DNA of 64,000 bases from assembly GCF_009914755.1 (NCBI RefSeq), contig NC_060928.1; one strand, given 5' to 3'. Positions 26,133 through 45,699 of this stretch are shown in pieces (positions within the stretch are counted from its first letter, which is position 1; each line of letters starts with the position of its first letter). Source of the stretch: the human T2T-CHM13v2.0 reference genome, Homo sapiens. Both the position numbers and the translations under genes were made by a program. Under the pieces are notes generated by a model. It worked only from the letters and a program-made list of their open reading frames with translations, did no database searches and was not told where the DNA came from.

Positions 26133-29100
26133 GACTTGATCTACACTATAGACCAAATGGATCTAATAAATATTTACAGAACATTTCATCCAAGAGCTGT
26201 AGAATACACATTCTTTTACTATGCCCATGGATAGACCATATGTTAGGTCAAAAAGCAAGTTTTAAACATTCAAAAAAATTGAAATAATATCAAGCATCTT
26301 CTCTAACCACAATGGAATAAAACTAGAAATTAATAACAAGTGGAATTCTAGAAATTATACAAATACATAGAAACTAAACAATATGCTCCTGAATGACCAG
26401 TGGGTCAATAAAGAAATTGAGAAGGAAATTGAAAAATTTCTTGAAACAAATGATAATGGAAACATGACGTATTAAAACCTTTGAGATACACAAAAGCAGA
26501 ACTAAGAGGGAAATTTATAGCTATAAGTGTCTACATCAAAAAAGAGAAAAAACTTTAAATAAACAATCTAATGATGCATCTTAAAGAACTAGAAATGCAA
26601 GAGCAAAGCAAACCCAAAATTAGTAGAAGAAAAAAAAAATAAAGGTCGGACCAGAAATAAATAAAATTGAAATTTAAAAGAAAAAATACAAAAGATCAAC
26701 GAAACAAAAAATTGGGTTTTTGAAAAGTCAAACAAAATGAATGAATCTTTAGCCAAACTAAGAAGAGAGGAGATCCAAATAAATAAAATCAGAAATGAAA
26801 AACAGACATTACAACAAATAGTGCAGAAATTCAAAGGATCATTAATGGCTGCCATGAGCAACTATGTGCCAATAAATTGGAAAAACTAGAAAAATGGGCA
26901 AATTCCTAGATACATACAACCTACCAAGATTGAACCACGAAGAAATCCAAAATCTGAACAAACCAATAACAAGTAACAAGATTGAAGCCATAATGAAAAC
27001 TCTCCCAGTAAAGAAAAGCCCAGGACCTGATGGCTTTACTGATGAATTCTACCAACCATTTAAAGAACTAATACCAATCCTTTTCAAACTATTCTGAAAA
27101 ATGGAGGAGGAGCAAATATTTCCAAACTCATACTACGAGGCTGCTATTAACCTGTTACCAAAACCAGACAAAGACACATTAAAAAAAAAAACTACAGGTG
27201 AGTATGTCTGATGGATACTGACACAAAAATCCTCAAAAAACTACTAGCAAACCAAATTCAACAATACATTAGAAAGGTCATTCATCATGACCAAGTGGGA
27301 GTTATCCCTGGGATTCAAGGATGGTTCAACATATGCAAATCAATCAGCGTGATACATCATATCAACAGGATGAAGAATAAAAACCATATGATCATTTCAA
27401 TTGATGCTGGAAAAGCATTTGATAAAATTCAATGTCCCTTCATGATAAAAAAAAAAAACTCTCAAAAAGATCAGGTAAAGAAGGAACATGCCTCAACATA
27501 ATAAAAGCAAAATATGACAGACCCACAGCTAGTATCATATTAAATGAGGAAAAACTGAAACTCTTTCCTCTAAGATCTGGAAAATGAAAAGGCTGCCCAC
27601 TGTCACCACTGTTACTCAACATAGTACTAAAAGTCCTAGCTTGAGCAATCAGACAAGAGAATGATATAAAGGGCATCCAAATTGGAAAGAAAAAAGTCAA
27701 ATTACCCTTGTTTGCAGATGATATGATGTTATATTTGGAAAAACCTAAACACTCCACCAAAAAACTATTAGAAATGATAAACAAATTCAGTAAAGTTGCA
27801 GGATACAAAAATAACATATAAAAATTAGTAGCATTTCTATATGCCAACAGTGAACAATCTGAAAAGGAAATAAAAAAGTAATGCCATTTACAATAGCCAC
27901 ACATAAAATTAAATAGGAATTAACCAAAGAAATAAAAGATCTCTATAATGAAAACTATAAAACACTGATGAAATAAATTGAAGAGGACACCAAAACATAA
28001 AAAAATGCCATGTTCATGGATTTGAAGAATCAATATTGTTAAAATGTCCATACTACCCAAAGCAATCTATAGGTTCAATGTAACCCCTAGCAAAATACCA
28101 ATAGATGTTATTCACAGAAATAGAAAAATCAATCCTAAAATTTATGTGGAACCACAAAAGACCTGGAATAGCCAAAGCTATCCTTAAGCCAAAAAAAAAA
28201 AAAAAAAAAAAAACTGGAGGAATCACATTATCTGACTTCAAATTACACTACAGAGCTGTGATAAACAAAACAGCATGATACTGGTATAAAATCAGATATA
28301 TAGACCAATGGAACAGAATAGAGAACCCAGAAACAAATCCATACACACACAGTGAACTCATTTTCTACAAAAGTGCCAAGAACATACAATGGGGAAAAGA
28401 CAGTCTCTTCAATAAATGGTGCTGGGAAAACTGAATATCCATATGCAGAAGAATAAAAGTAGATCCCTATGTCTCTCCATATGCAAAAATCAAATCAAAA
28501 TAGATTAAAGACTTAAATCTCAGAGCTCAAATTATGAAACTATTACAAGGAAAGATTGGAGAAAATCTCCAGGATATTGATCTGGACAAAAAATTCTTGA
28601 TCAATATCCCACAAGCACAAGCAACCAAAGCAAAAATGGACAAATGGGATCACATCAACTTAAAAAGCTTCTGCACAGCAAAGTGAAAAGATGACTCACA
28701 GAATGGGAGAAAACATCTGCAAACTGCCCATCTGACAAGAGATTAATAACTAGAATATATGAGGAGCTCAAACAACTCTACAGGGGAAAAAAATCTAATA
28801 ACCTGATCCAAAATTAGGGAAAAGATTTGAATAGACATTTCTCAAAAGAAGACAGACAAATGGCAAACGGACATACGAAAACGTGCTCAACATCACTGAT
28901 CATCAGAGAAATGCAAATTAAAACTACAATGCGATATTATCTCACCTCAGTTAAAATGACTTATACCCAAATGGCAGTAACAAATGCTAGTGAGGATGTG
29001 GAGAAAAGGGTACTGTTGCACACTGTTAATGAGAATGTAAATTAGTATAACCACAATGGAGAACAGTTTGGAGGTTTCTCAAAAAACTAAAAATAGAGCT

Positions 29101-30140
29101 ACCATATGACCCAGCAATCCTACAGCTGGGTATATACCCAAAAGAAAGGCTATCAGTATATCAGAGAGATATCTGCACTATTAGGTTTGCTGCAGTACTG
29201 TTTACAATAACTAATATTTAAAAGCAACCTAAGTGCCCATCAACAGATGAATGAATAAAGAAAATGTGGTACATACACACAATGGAGTACTATTCAGTTA
29301 TAAAAAAGAACGAGAGCTTGTCATTTGCAACAACATGGATGCAACTGGAGATCATTATGTTAAGTGAAATAAGCCAGGAACAGAAAGACAAACATCATAT
29401 GTTCTCACTTATTTGTAGACTCTAAAAATCAAAACAATTGAACTCATAGATGTAGAGAGTAGAAGGATGGTTACCAGAGGCTGGGAAGGGTAGTGGGAGG
29501 GTTGTGGGGAGTTGGATCAGTAAATGGGTATAAAAAATAAGTAGAAAGAATAAATAAGACCTGGTTGGGTGCACTGGCTCACACTTGTAATCCCTGCACT
29601 TTGGGAGGCCGCGGTGGACAGATCTTGAGGTGGGTGGATCACTTGAGGTCAGGAGTTCAAGACCAGCCTGGCCAATATGGTGAAACCCTGTCTCTACTAA
29701 AAATACAAAAACTAGCCAGGGATGGTGGCATGTGCCTGTAGTCCCAGCTACTCGGGAGGCTGAGGCAGAAGAATCGCTTGAACCCAGGAGGCAGAGGTTG
29801 CAGTCAGCCAAGAGGGCACCACTGCACTCCAGCCTGGGCAACAGAGCAAGACTCCGTCTCAAAAATAAATGAATAAATAAATAAATAAGACTTACTATTT
29901 GATAGCATAGCACAACAAGGTGACTATAGTCAATAACTAAATTGTATATTTTAACATAACTGAAAGAGTACAACTGGATTATTTGTAACTCAAAGGATAA
30001 ATGCTTGAAGGGATGGAGAACCCATTTTCTATAATGTGCTTGTTTCACCTTGCATGCCTGTATCAAAACATCTCATGCCCCCCGTAAATATATACACCTA
30101 CTATGTACCCACAAAAATTAAAAGTATAAATAAAAAAATA
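26133..30140 (+). mobile_element. 5'-truncated L1 (L1MA2-like) with nested Alu
   Basis: ORF2 remnants ([22 protein letters not shown]; [21 protein letters not shown]); 3' end gatagc..acaacaaggtgactatagtcaataa...tatgtacccacaaaaattaaaa and an A-rich tail. Confidence 0.9.
29563..29878 (+). mobile_element. AluS (AluSx/Sz-like) with a 16-bp internal duplication
   Basis: Full dimer, (AAAT)n tail, TSD ataaataagac(c/t)t at ~29550-29562 and 29881-29893. Confidence 0.93.
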
Positions 30141-30339
30141 AGCTTGACCCTAAAATTTACATTCATTTTTTCTAAGAGCATGCTATTCTTGAAGTTTTGT
30201 TTCCTTGGCTCAGCCACTTCTTTTTGTCTCTTCTGGCTTCTCCTCCTGCTCTCCAAAAAGTGGGTATTCTTTTCACGTGTGGAGGCAGAGGGTACATAGG
30301 AAATTTCTGCATCCCCAATCAGCCTAAAAATGCTCTTAA

Positions 30340-31600
30340 AAATACATCTTCAAGACATCATACTTCAGCTCTCCTCTCCAAACACTCCTTAATTCTATCT
30401 ATTGTCTCAGCTTCAGTTACCTCCTTTAAAAGTTCCATGTCTTCCAAATTCCTGTCCCTAGCCATGTACTGTCTCTGGAGAGTACCCACGACCCCCATCT
30501 CCTGTCTTCTAAACATCTCTGCCTGCACATCCTGTTGACAGTTCACATGCAATGTGTCTTAGATAAAATTTATGTTTTCTACTTTACCTATTCTATTTCC
30601 CATATTTCTTGGTCATGCCAGCTCAAAACTTTCCAACTCATCTTTGATCCCTTACACACACTCTTTTCTTCCCTCTTCATTCACAGCAGTTGGCATATCT
30701 TAGGAATTCCACTCAATAATGTTATACCATCTTTCCCTTTTCAATGACCACAGCTACTGTTCTACTTCCTCTTTATACTGTCTATTATCTAGCTATTGCA
30801 GTAGCCTCCAAACTACTGCCCACCACTGTCTTTCCACTTCCGTTTCACTCCCCACCATCTAACGGATTAACCTTCTTGAGTAAAATTCTGATCAGAAGAC
30901 TCTTGTTTATTGACACTCCAAAGCTCTTTTCATGTTCTATGATGAAGCCAAATTAATGTTTGAACTTCCTTCTTTCCCCATACTTGTCACATCCATATGT
31001 TTACTTTCAGATTTTCCTTCATATGGACACTAGCATTCCCTCTTTCCTGTCTCTGTATGCTTAAATCTTAAATATTCTTTTCTTTTTTCCTGCAGTTTTT
31101 TTACATAAATATATTGCATAATGGTAAGGTTTGGGCTTCCAGTGTACCCATCACCCACATAGAGAACATTGTACCCAACAGGTAATTTTTAAACCCTCAC
31201 TCCTCTCCCATCCTTCCTCTTTTTAGAGTCCCCAGTGTCTGTTATTAGGGTAAACATGTGTATCCATTGTTTAGCTCCTATTTATAAGCGAGAATATGCA
31301 GTATTTGGTTTTCTATTTCTGAGTTATTTCACTGAGGATAAATATTATTTAAGACCTTCCTCTTAAAAGTCTTCCTTGACTTCTAAGATGAGAGTAATCA
31401 TTCTATTCTGTCCTCTGAATTTTCATCTCTCTCCTTCTTCCTCACCCCCTCTCCTTCTCTCTCTCTCTCTCAGTAACGCCTCTCAATTTAATTGGTGTAA
31501 CAGTTATTTCTATAATCACTATGTTGTCACCAGGCCTTACCCATCTATGGGCACTGATGGGTCCCCTTAATAGTAATAAATTCAATGTCACCAACTCTTG
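30340..31600 (+). mobile_element. L2 fragment(s), interrupted by a short L1
   Basis: Pyrimidine-rich L2-type motifs (catctctgcctgcacatcc, catctttgatccc, agctattgcagtagcctcc); very diverged. Confidence 0.55.
31081..31338 (-). mobile_element. Short 5'-truncated L1PB-like 3' end
   Basis: atattgcataatggtaaggtttgggcttccagtgtacccatcaccc...; TSD taaatatt(c/a)ttt at 31069-31080 and 31339-31350. Confidence 0.8.
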
Positions 31601-32421
31601 AACCTGCTGATACAGGATTACTAGGCCCATACAAGTTACAAGTACTTCTAGGAGGCTTCAAGACATGTTTCCCATGTATTGGTGAATAAGGCTTCTCTCA
31701 CTACAGTTTTTATTTAGATGCTCACCTTTGTTTGCATGGGGCTCAGACATGAATCTATTGAGGGTGGGAGTATTATAAAACCATGAAAAACAAACATTAT
31801 CATCAGAATTGCTCTGTCTCAATGTCCAAGACCAAATCAAGCTAAGAATAGCTGGCTCTTCTTTTCTGAGGAAAACTCTCTCGCAGAAGTTTTGTTAGAT
31901 TTTTATCCAGCTAGGCTTCTCTGAGCTCACTCAGCCCATCTACCAGCTTTGCCACGTACCTGCCTATTCTTCTGCCTAGACTCATCCTGTAGTTAGTATT
32001 CACTACTGACTGGATGGTAAACTTTTTGAGAGTAAGCCCCATGTTTAAGTAATATATATCCTCACCAAAACATTTAACATAGCTTCTTACACACAGACAA
32101 ACCTCAAGGGTAAAACTAAAATAAAATTTAAAAAGTAATCCAAATTAATGATTACTTAACAGCATTTAAAAATTAACTCCAATATTTACAATCTTTTTTC
32201 CTTTTTTTTAATTATTATTATACTTTAAGTTTTAGGGTATATGTGCACAATGTGCAGGTTAGTTACATATGCATACATGTGCCATGCTGGTGTGCTGCAC
32301 CCATTAACTCGTCATGTAGCATTAGGTATATCTCCTAATACTATCCCTCCCCGCTACCCCCACCCCACAACAGTCCCCAGAGTGTAATATTCCCCTTCCT
32401 GTGTCCATGTGTTCTCATTGT

Positions 32422-36262
<3,841 letters not shown>

Positions 36263-36310
36263 TTATTTTGCTCATTAGTTGACGCAGTTTCTTCCTAGTC
36301 TCAATGGTCT

Positions 36311-37327
36311 TTACATTTTGGCATGATTTTGCAGCGGCTGGTACCAGTTGTTCCTTTCCATGTTTAGTGCTTCCTTCAGGAGCTCTTTTAGGGCAGGCCT
36401 GGTGGTGACAAAATCTCTCAGCATTTGCTTGTCTGTAAAGTATTTTATTTCTCCTTCACTTATGAAGCTTAGTTTGGCTGGATATGAAATTCTGGGTTGC
36501 AAATTCTTTTCTTTAAGAATGTTGAATATTGGCCCCCACTCTCTTCTGGCTTGTAGAGTTTCTGCCGAAAGATCCGCTTTTAGTCTGATGGGCTTCCCTT
36601 TGTGGGTAACCTGACATTTCTCTCTGCCTGCCCTTAACATTTTTTCCTCCATTTCAACTTTGGTGAATCTGACAATTATGTGTCTTGGAGTTGCTCTTCT
36701 CGAGGAGTATCTTTGTGGTGTTCTCTGTATTTCCTGAATCTGAATGTTGGCCTGCCTTGCTGGATTGGGGAAGTTCTCCTGGATAATATCCTGCAGAGTG
36801 TTTTCCAACTTGGTTCCATTCTCCCCATCACTTTCAGGTACACAAATCAGACATAGATTTGGTCTTTTCACATAGTCCCATATTTCTTGGAGGCTTTGTT
36901 CATTTCTTTTTATTCTTTTTTCTCTAAACTTCCCTTCTCGCTTCATTTGATTCATTTCATCTTCCGTCACTGATACCCTTTCTTCCAGTTGATCGCATCG
37001 GCTCCTGAGGCTTCTGCATTCTTCACGTAGTTCTCAAGCCTTGGCTTTCAGCTCCATCAGCTCCTTTAAGCACTTCTCTGTATTGGTTATTCTAGTTATA
37101 CATTCGTCTAAATTTTTTTCAAAGTTTTCAACTTCTTTGCCTTTGGTTTGAATTTCTTCCTGTAGCTCAGAGTAGTTTGTTCGTCTGAAGCCTTCTTCTC
37201 TCAACTCATCAAAGTCATTCTCCATCCAGCTTTGTTCCATTGCTGGTGAAGAACTGCGTTCCTTTGGAGGAGGAGAGGCACTCTGCTTTTTAGAGTTTCC
37301 AGTTTTTCTGCTCTGTTTTTTCCCCAT
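36311..37327 (-). pseudogene. L1 ORF1 (RNA-binding protein) with one nonsense codon
   Basis: MGKKQSRKTGNSK start; 1017 bp in a single frame; the only lesion to the frame is a CGA>TGA stop at 37034-37036 (codon 98). Confidence 0.95.
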
Positions 37328-38730
<1,403 letters not shown>

Positions 38731-41700
38731 TAGCTACCTCTTTTCTCTACTTTTCCAATAATCACAATCCCTTAAAAATATTAATATCAGGGATCTTTTG
38801 AAATCAGTTTCAAAAGGTGTTAAAAGCAGTGAGAATTTTGTTTCAAGCTCACTGAGTTGTTTCTAGGATTAAAAAACATATAAAGTATTTAGCATATTGT
38901 GTAGAATGTAATCAGAGCTCAATGCAAGTCAGTTTATATTATTTTCATTGTGAAAGCTAGACTTATTTGAAATGGTTCCAAAAATAAATCCTACAAGAAA
39001 CATCCTCGAAAGTGACTATTTATTATATTATACATAAAAGTACCCCAAATAGTGTACATTACCTCCAGCTTATGTTAAATTCTGTCTTTGTCAATAATAA
39101 CCTCTAATTTAATTGAAGTTAATCATATCTCTTAATTAGCTATTCCCATTATTATAATAAAGAGCAGTTACCAGGAAAATCTAGCCATAGTAACCCACAT
39201 ATAAATGAATGCTTTCAGTAAGCAAATAAAATAATTTCAACAAGTTTCCAGGCCATTTAACTAAGTACTGCTCTACTTAGATCACTGGAATAAGATCAGA
39301 ATATCTAGATTTCTAATTGAGGTGGCTCTAAAACATCCCATTGAAAACAGAGCCGTATATGTCCCTTAACCAAACAAGCAAGGAGAACTCAAGAATTTCA
39401 AGTAAAAACATGACAGACTTCTATAGGAATGAACCTTAACTGAGTTGGCAGGTTAAATTGTTGGCACTGATACAGTGAAAGAAGATGAAGCCCAAGGGAG
39501 GGACATTTCACAATCAAATCGGAAATGGTACATCCTTCTCCTACACACAAATCCATAATTGAAAAAAAAGACTGAAAACCTTTCCTCCCACCATTGACCT
39601 TCTGAGTAGGTGTGGTAGGACAAATTTCATCCTCAATATTCACAACAAGATCTTGATCTTTTTAGCACCTGGTCAAGTTTGCAAAGTCACTAAATAAAAC
39701 CTAATCCAATTAGTTTCTCCCCAGTCAACTTACTTTTCACTTCCATGAAATGTGCTCTTTCCACACAATAGATGAAATAGCACCCACTACATCATCCTGG
39801 TTACAATCCTCATGAGATGACAGATCCTTGCTTGTTGAGGACACATTCACAGAAAGAACAGTTAAGCGAGAGGAAACTCAGAGGCCAGGAATAGAGGTTA
39901 CCTACAAAGTCTACAAGTCGTATCAACTACTGTGGTGAAAAAAGAGTGAACCTCTGCAATTAGACCATTTTTTATGACTAACTTTAGATTAAACACAGCG
40001 TGACTATGCTTACCATCAAGTGGAATATTTCAGTCTCCCACACACAGTTTCTGTTCTATTCAATCACTACACCTTGTATAACAGCTTTATACAGAAATAA
40101 TCATAACCAACAAAAAAAGAACAATCTTCATTTTTGACAGTGTTAAAAATGCTTAAAACATTTTTCAAAGGTTATAACCTTATAAAAGTTAATGCATTAA
40201 CTTCAGACAGTGTTTGAAAAAAGGAAAGAAATATCTAAGACTGAGCCAGTACCAAAGTGAGCTAGTTTCTTAACACGAGCAAGTGTTTAACAGTATTGTT
40301 TTCAGTCATAAAAACATAAAACATGAATCTTAATCCCACAAGAAAGAAAATAATAGACTTATTTTTAGACTAGTCTCTTCTATCAAAATAAATGGAAGAA
40401 ATAATGTCTGAAATTAATAACCTAAATTTTAACTTTATAAGAGTCTTAGATATTACCCAATAATTTCTCATATCACCAAGTTAATAAATTACTATTCCAA
40501 AGGTAAATATAAAAAAAAGAAAAAGTAAGAAAAGCACAGTGTACAATCTACATTTGACATGTGCATTAAAACAAAAACTTTCAATGTCCAGTAAATTTCG
40601 AACCAATAATTTCCTTAAACTTTTACAATTTTTACAATTACATACCCAGAGTAATATCTCTTTGTTTATTTCTGAAAAGCATAATTTCTAAAGTTCCTTC
40701 CTGTTAACACAATTAACATCAAAAGAACAAAATCAAAACTCTGAGGATACTGCTATCCTATATATTTGATGGGCATTCTATTTTCCAGTATTATGAAAAC
40801 AACTTAAACCAAACAGTATAACTGTATGCAAATGTCACTCAAATTAAAATGAAATATAAAGAAATACACAGAAAACTTATTGTCTGCCCAGCATAACATG
40901 TGAAACAATACTATACATTACATTACATTACATTTTAATTAAGATTAAAAACAAAGATCTATATTTAAAACTTTTCCATAGTTTTTTAAATAATTGTATG
41001 ACTCATCTCTATTGCCTCTGTTAATTCAAAAAATTAGTGAACTTACCAATATGCAACCCACTCAAAATGACTCATTTTGACATTTAATTATTTCCATGCA
41101 TGAGGTGAACAATATCTTTAACATATGACCTGATTATAATTAGATCATATGAAAAGATGAAAATAACATGAAAATGTGACTTATAAATGCAAGATTATAT
41201 GTCTATTTATCAAATACAATTTATTGGTCAAAGTTCAATGTATGTAAATTGATCTACAATTGTTGTAACTTGAATTTGACCCTATTGGGGAAAAAATAAC
41301 TAATTTGCCTCTAAAGATCTAATTTTTATTCTTTTCTATTGTTAGGAAACTAAAACTATGTAACCTAATGTATTTCCCTTTTAGGTTTTAACTGCCAAAA
41401 ACTTTAGAGCAATCCTTATTTCCCAAGTGTTTAATTTTGTTTAGCTCATATACTTGAAAAGATTACTTTTAGCTTCCTTTGTTCTGATCCCTCCTTAAAT
41501 TACTTAGCTGGCATTGTGCTGACATGTGGTCTCCTGAAGTCCTTTCAGGAATAACTAAAAAGGAGAGCCTTCAACAAAAAGACAAAGAGAAGAATTATGG
41601 GAAGGGAGGAAGACAGGCAGGAGAAAGGTAGGAAGGTATGCAAGTACCTGTACACACTTGATACTCGGAATTGTCATACATTGCTGTTTCTTTCTGCAAA

Positions 41701-41811
41701 CAACACTAGATATTTTCTAAATACACACATGTTGGGAATGGTCTATAATTTTCAAAGTTGAGGCAATAACAGTGCTATATAAGTATATATAACAAACTGA
41801 GTACAGCTAAA

Positions 41812-42050
41812 AATAATAATAATATCATTGAATCTTTTTAATGTCCTAGGCACTATACTAAGTGTTTAATCACTTATTGCTCACAGTAACCCATGAATCA
41901 TGCTTTATTATTATTATTAATTATTATTAAGTTACTATTATTATCACCATTTTACTAATGAGGAAACAGAGACTTAGAATGATTTTATACCCGGTATGTG
42001 GTAAAGCTGAGATTCAGACTAACTCCTGAGTCTGTTCCCTTAACCAGTAG
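41812..42050 (-). mobile_element. MIR
   Basis: aggcactatactaagtg...ccattttactaatgaggaaacagagacttag...ttaaccagtag. Confidence 0.7.
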
Positions 42051-42319
42051 CCTCTCTTCACTGATATTAAATAAAATCTTCATTGTTAGTTTAGTATGTA
42101 TTTTCTAAAGTATATAACTGGCATACGCTTCATGAGGTATATGGCAGCCAGCTCAAATAAAATACTGAAATGGATAATAATTTTATATTGCCAAACCAAA
42201 TATTTGAGTCAACTGAAGGGAAGAAGAAATAGAACTGGACAGAATAGGAAGCGTCCCTAAGACCTCTTTGAAGTACTCTGGATTCATAATCAGGTGCTAC
42301 GTAGGAAAAACACTAGAGA

Positions 42320-42445
42320 CAGCAGTTGTGATACCTGGGATCCAGTTCTTTCTCTACTGCTAATTAGAAATGTGTGACACTGATTCCATGATTCAACTTC
42401 TCTGGGAACCAGTTTCTTCATCTATAAAGCTATAAGTATGATTCT
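42320..42445 (+). mobile_element. MIR fragment
   Basis: acctgggatccagttc..tgtgtgac..aacttctctgggaaccagtttcttcatctataaa. Confidence 0.6.
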
Positions 42446-43937
42446 ATAACAGCCAAGGATGCTGTAGTTCTGCAACTGCAACCCAGATCTCTCCATTCAC
42501 CTGTTAGGTGCACTCACAGCTCCAGAATGGTCCAAGTATCACACTGGGAAGAGAAACTGCTCCAAATTATTAAGGGTCAAAACAGGTAGAGCCTAAAGAC
42601 CCCACTTCTATTTAGTCAGGACAGAGAAATCCTTCTTCTATGAGAAAGTGCTCCACCACACTGATATAACTTAGAAAAAATCCTTGTCCTCAGACTTTTC
42701 CCTGAAACTCCACCAATTATTAGAGGGACATTTGAAGCTAAAAAATAAGATAAAATAAAATCACCACTGACACAATTAGGACAACTCAGAAAACAAGCTA
42801 GTATATAGCATTAGACATGTAAGTCATGCTGTAGCATGGAATAGTTTAATCATATTGATAGAACTGACACTTAAAATAAACTTTTAGGAATACATGTGCT
42901 CACCTTCTTTTCGCCTCACCCTCCAAAGAAAAAAAATGAGCAAAGGCAAGATGAAACGTAAGTAAAACTGTAAAGAACACAAAATGTATGGTCTTTGTCT
43001 TTTGTTTCTCTCCTCCTAATGATCTGTTTTCCTAGGCTTTGCTCAAAGCCTTTCACACCCTTCCTGAGCTATGCTTCTTGTTCACAGTCTCCCTCACCTG
43101 TCCTTTCTCCCATCCACTCAGTAGCCCTCAGAAGCAAGTGTATTGAATTACTTAAGTGATTTGATCTAAGCTAGACTCTTATAACTAAAGAGTGTGATAT
43201 TTGCATTTTCTAGCAGTGGAAATTCCAGGCAAAAATTACTCTGAACTGGCGGGGGAGAGAGGGTTATGATCCTCTTAAATCATCCCCATGTACCTGTGAA
43301 TAGCACAAATCAAATTCCCCCTTAAGAAAAACAAGGGGGTAGAGAGGGGCCAATGAGGTATCACAAAAGAATTTAAAAGTCTGGGATTAGCCAGCACTAG
43401 CCCTTCAAGGGCTTTACCCAAAGCAGGAAATTGCTGTGCTGCTCCATGGCTTCCCTACACCGGTGCCCAGGCAGCTGGCCAATTCACTAACCCCTTCCCT
43501 GGCCTCTTCCCTGGCCTTGCACAGACAGCATAGTCAGTACTACCCTGGCCCCACCGTAACCCTGGCTGGCTTGAGAAAAGTTGGCAGAGAGAGTCCAGGG
43601 TTGTGCTATTTAAAGCTATAAGCAGCTACTGTGGATGGAGATGAGCTGCTTTAGCAGCAGAGGATAAGGCCAGCTGTGTAAGATTTTCACTAGCCCTAAT
43701 GAAATTCACTCACCTGCTAAAGTTAGGGTACCCAAATTTGATAGAAAACAGCTCAGTTCCACTTATTAATTACTAATTATCATCTAGCTATCCCATCTGG
43801 CAATTTTTTTCATTGTTAAATTGCCTGATTGCAAATCCTTAAATTTTCCTCAAAATATACTAATAAATATATAGAATATAAATATACATATAAAACAGTC
43901 TACTAATTAGTAATTAATAAAATATACTAATGAAATT

Positions 43938-43939
<2 letters not shown>

Positions 43940-43980
<41 letters not shown>
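43940..43980. repeat. (TG)20 microsatellite
   Basis: Perfect TG run seen directly. Confidence 0.97.
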
Positions 43981-43984
<4 letters not shown>

Positions 43985-44096
43985 TCCATGTAGGTTTTTG
44001 CTGTGTACACATCAAAATACCCAGAAGGACTTTTATATAACCATATACACATGCATATCTTTGTATACACTACACACATATATAGAGACAGAAAAA

Positions 44097-44100
44097 ATAT

Positions 44101-44131
<31 letters not shown>

Positions 44132-44156
44132 GACAGAGAGAGAGAGAGAGAGAGAG
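44097..44156. repeat. Compound (TA)n/(GA)n microsatellite
   Basis: Seen directly. Confidence 0.92.
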
Positions 44157-44589
44157 GAATCCATACATGTATCTATGTTTCAATCCAAGCTGCCCACACT
44201 ATCTCAAATATTAGGTATGACCACTGTGAACAAGGATAAAATAATGGTCAAAAGCACAGGTTGTGAATGCAGGTATCTGTGTCTTCAGTGAAACACAGGA
44301 TAAGATAATTCTCTGGATTTCTAATCTGTAAGTGGCAATTGTTGACAAGGTTAAGATGATTCCTATAAAGGACAGACCTTTGCTTGGAACACAATAGTTA
44401 GTATTCATCAATTTTAACTAGTGTTAGCATTATGATAAAACATCCATGGTAACTCAAAACAACAACTGTAGCAGTATGGTTTTCTTCTAAAAATCAAACA
44501 TTATCTCAGACAGCCCTGACAATCTGACCCTGTCGTCTCCTTGTGCTCTTACTTCTCAAAATGGGCTTGACAGGTACTTTATCAAGGGA

Positions 44590-44895
44590 ACTCCTCTTCA
44601 TCCTTAAAAGCTCAGCTCAACTAGCATTTCCTTACAGAAACCTTCCTTGACCCTTAGCCTAGGTCAGATAACACTGTTACTTATTTCAAAAAGCAGCATA
44701 CCTTTTCTTTATAGCATTTATGCCAGCTTATTATTTACTTAGTTCAGTGACTTTTAAAAAAGTAACACCTGTATTTCCCACTCTAACCTCATGGGGCAAA
44801 TACTATGCCTGCTTTTGCTCATTGTTGCATCCACAGCAATGAAAGTATCAGGTACACAGTAAGTGATCAAAAATACTTATTGAATGAATCAATGA
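44590..44895 (+). mobile_element. L2 3' end
   Basis: gctcagctcaa..gaaaccttccttgacc..ggtacacagtaagtgatcaaaaatacttattgaatgaatcaatga (L2 terminal tgaa repeats). Confidence 0.75.
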
Positions 44896-45281
44896 CTCAG
44901 CCAAGTTCTATCTAGATGTCCATCTATTTGTATACTCCCAAGAAGCAGCGAGAGTAAGAATTTGGTCACAGAAAAATAAAAGAATCCTGGAAGTTTCCCA
45001 GAGGAATAAAAGTTAGAAAAAACAATACTTGTCGAAAAGAAGTCCAACAATCCAGAAACCAAAGAGACATGGCTTTCTGTACTTGGCTTGAGAACCCTCC
45101 TGACATTCCATTACGAAGAAACTTTAAAAGAAGCACAGGGTTACAAGGCCGAGCTCTGGGTACCAAGAGGAAGGAAGGACAGGGATTCTACCCAGAGGAA
45201 GAATTCATCCAACTAAGAATCCTGAAACCTAGAGGGGGATAGGGAGCAGAGTGTAGTGTCATCAAATTTATGTTCTGTGTC

Positions 45282-45470
45282 TTCATTCAGTCAGTAACTC
45301 ATCAGAGCACCTACCACATGAGATGTAGTGCCTGGACTTGTAGATACAGAAGTAAGCATGACAGACACAGTCACCACTCTCATGGAATTTCCACTTTATT
45401 TCAGAGGAGAAACAGGACATTAAACAAGTAATGTACATGTGGCCAGTGCTCACAGAACTACAAGTTGCTG
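45282..45470 (-). mobile_element. L2 3' end fragment
   Basis: ttcattcagtcagtaactcatcagagcacctac...gacagacacagtcaccactctcatggaattt. Confidence 0.6.
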
Positions 45471-45699
45471 TAGTAATAACACTGACTGAAAAGTCAGTAC
45501 ATACACATATTTTGTATTTGTCCAAGGAAATAATTCCAAGAATATTTTTATGATCTCTCTTTTTTTAATTCTCTCTTTAAAAAAAAAAAAGTTTCCATGC
45601 TAATTTGTATTGGTTTCTGTTGCTTAGCAGGAGTAAACTAATTTAAGAGACACACTATATATCTACTATTAGGTTGAACTCAAGTGAGGATTTGGTCAA

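Noticed and set aside
29422-30066. 214-aa minus-strand ORF
   Set aside because: Antisense read through an Alu and an L1 3' UTR, giving typical Alu-derived peptide text.
39398-39643. 81-aa minus-strand ORF in non-repeat DNA
   Set aside because: Non-ATG start, no recognisable domain or splice framing; length expected by chance.
44003-44239. 78-aa ORF
   Set aside because: Runs through the (TA)n/(GA)n microsatellite.
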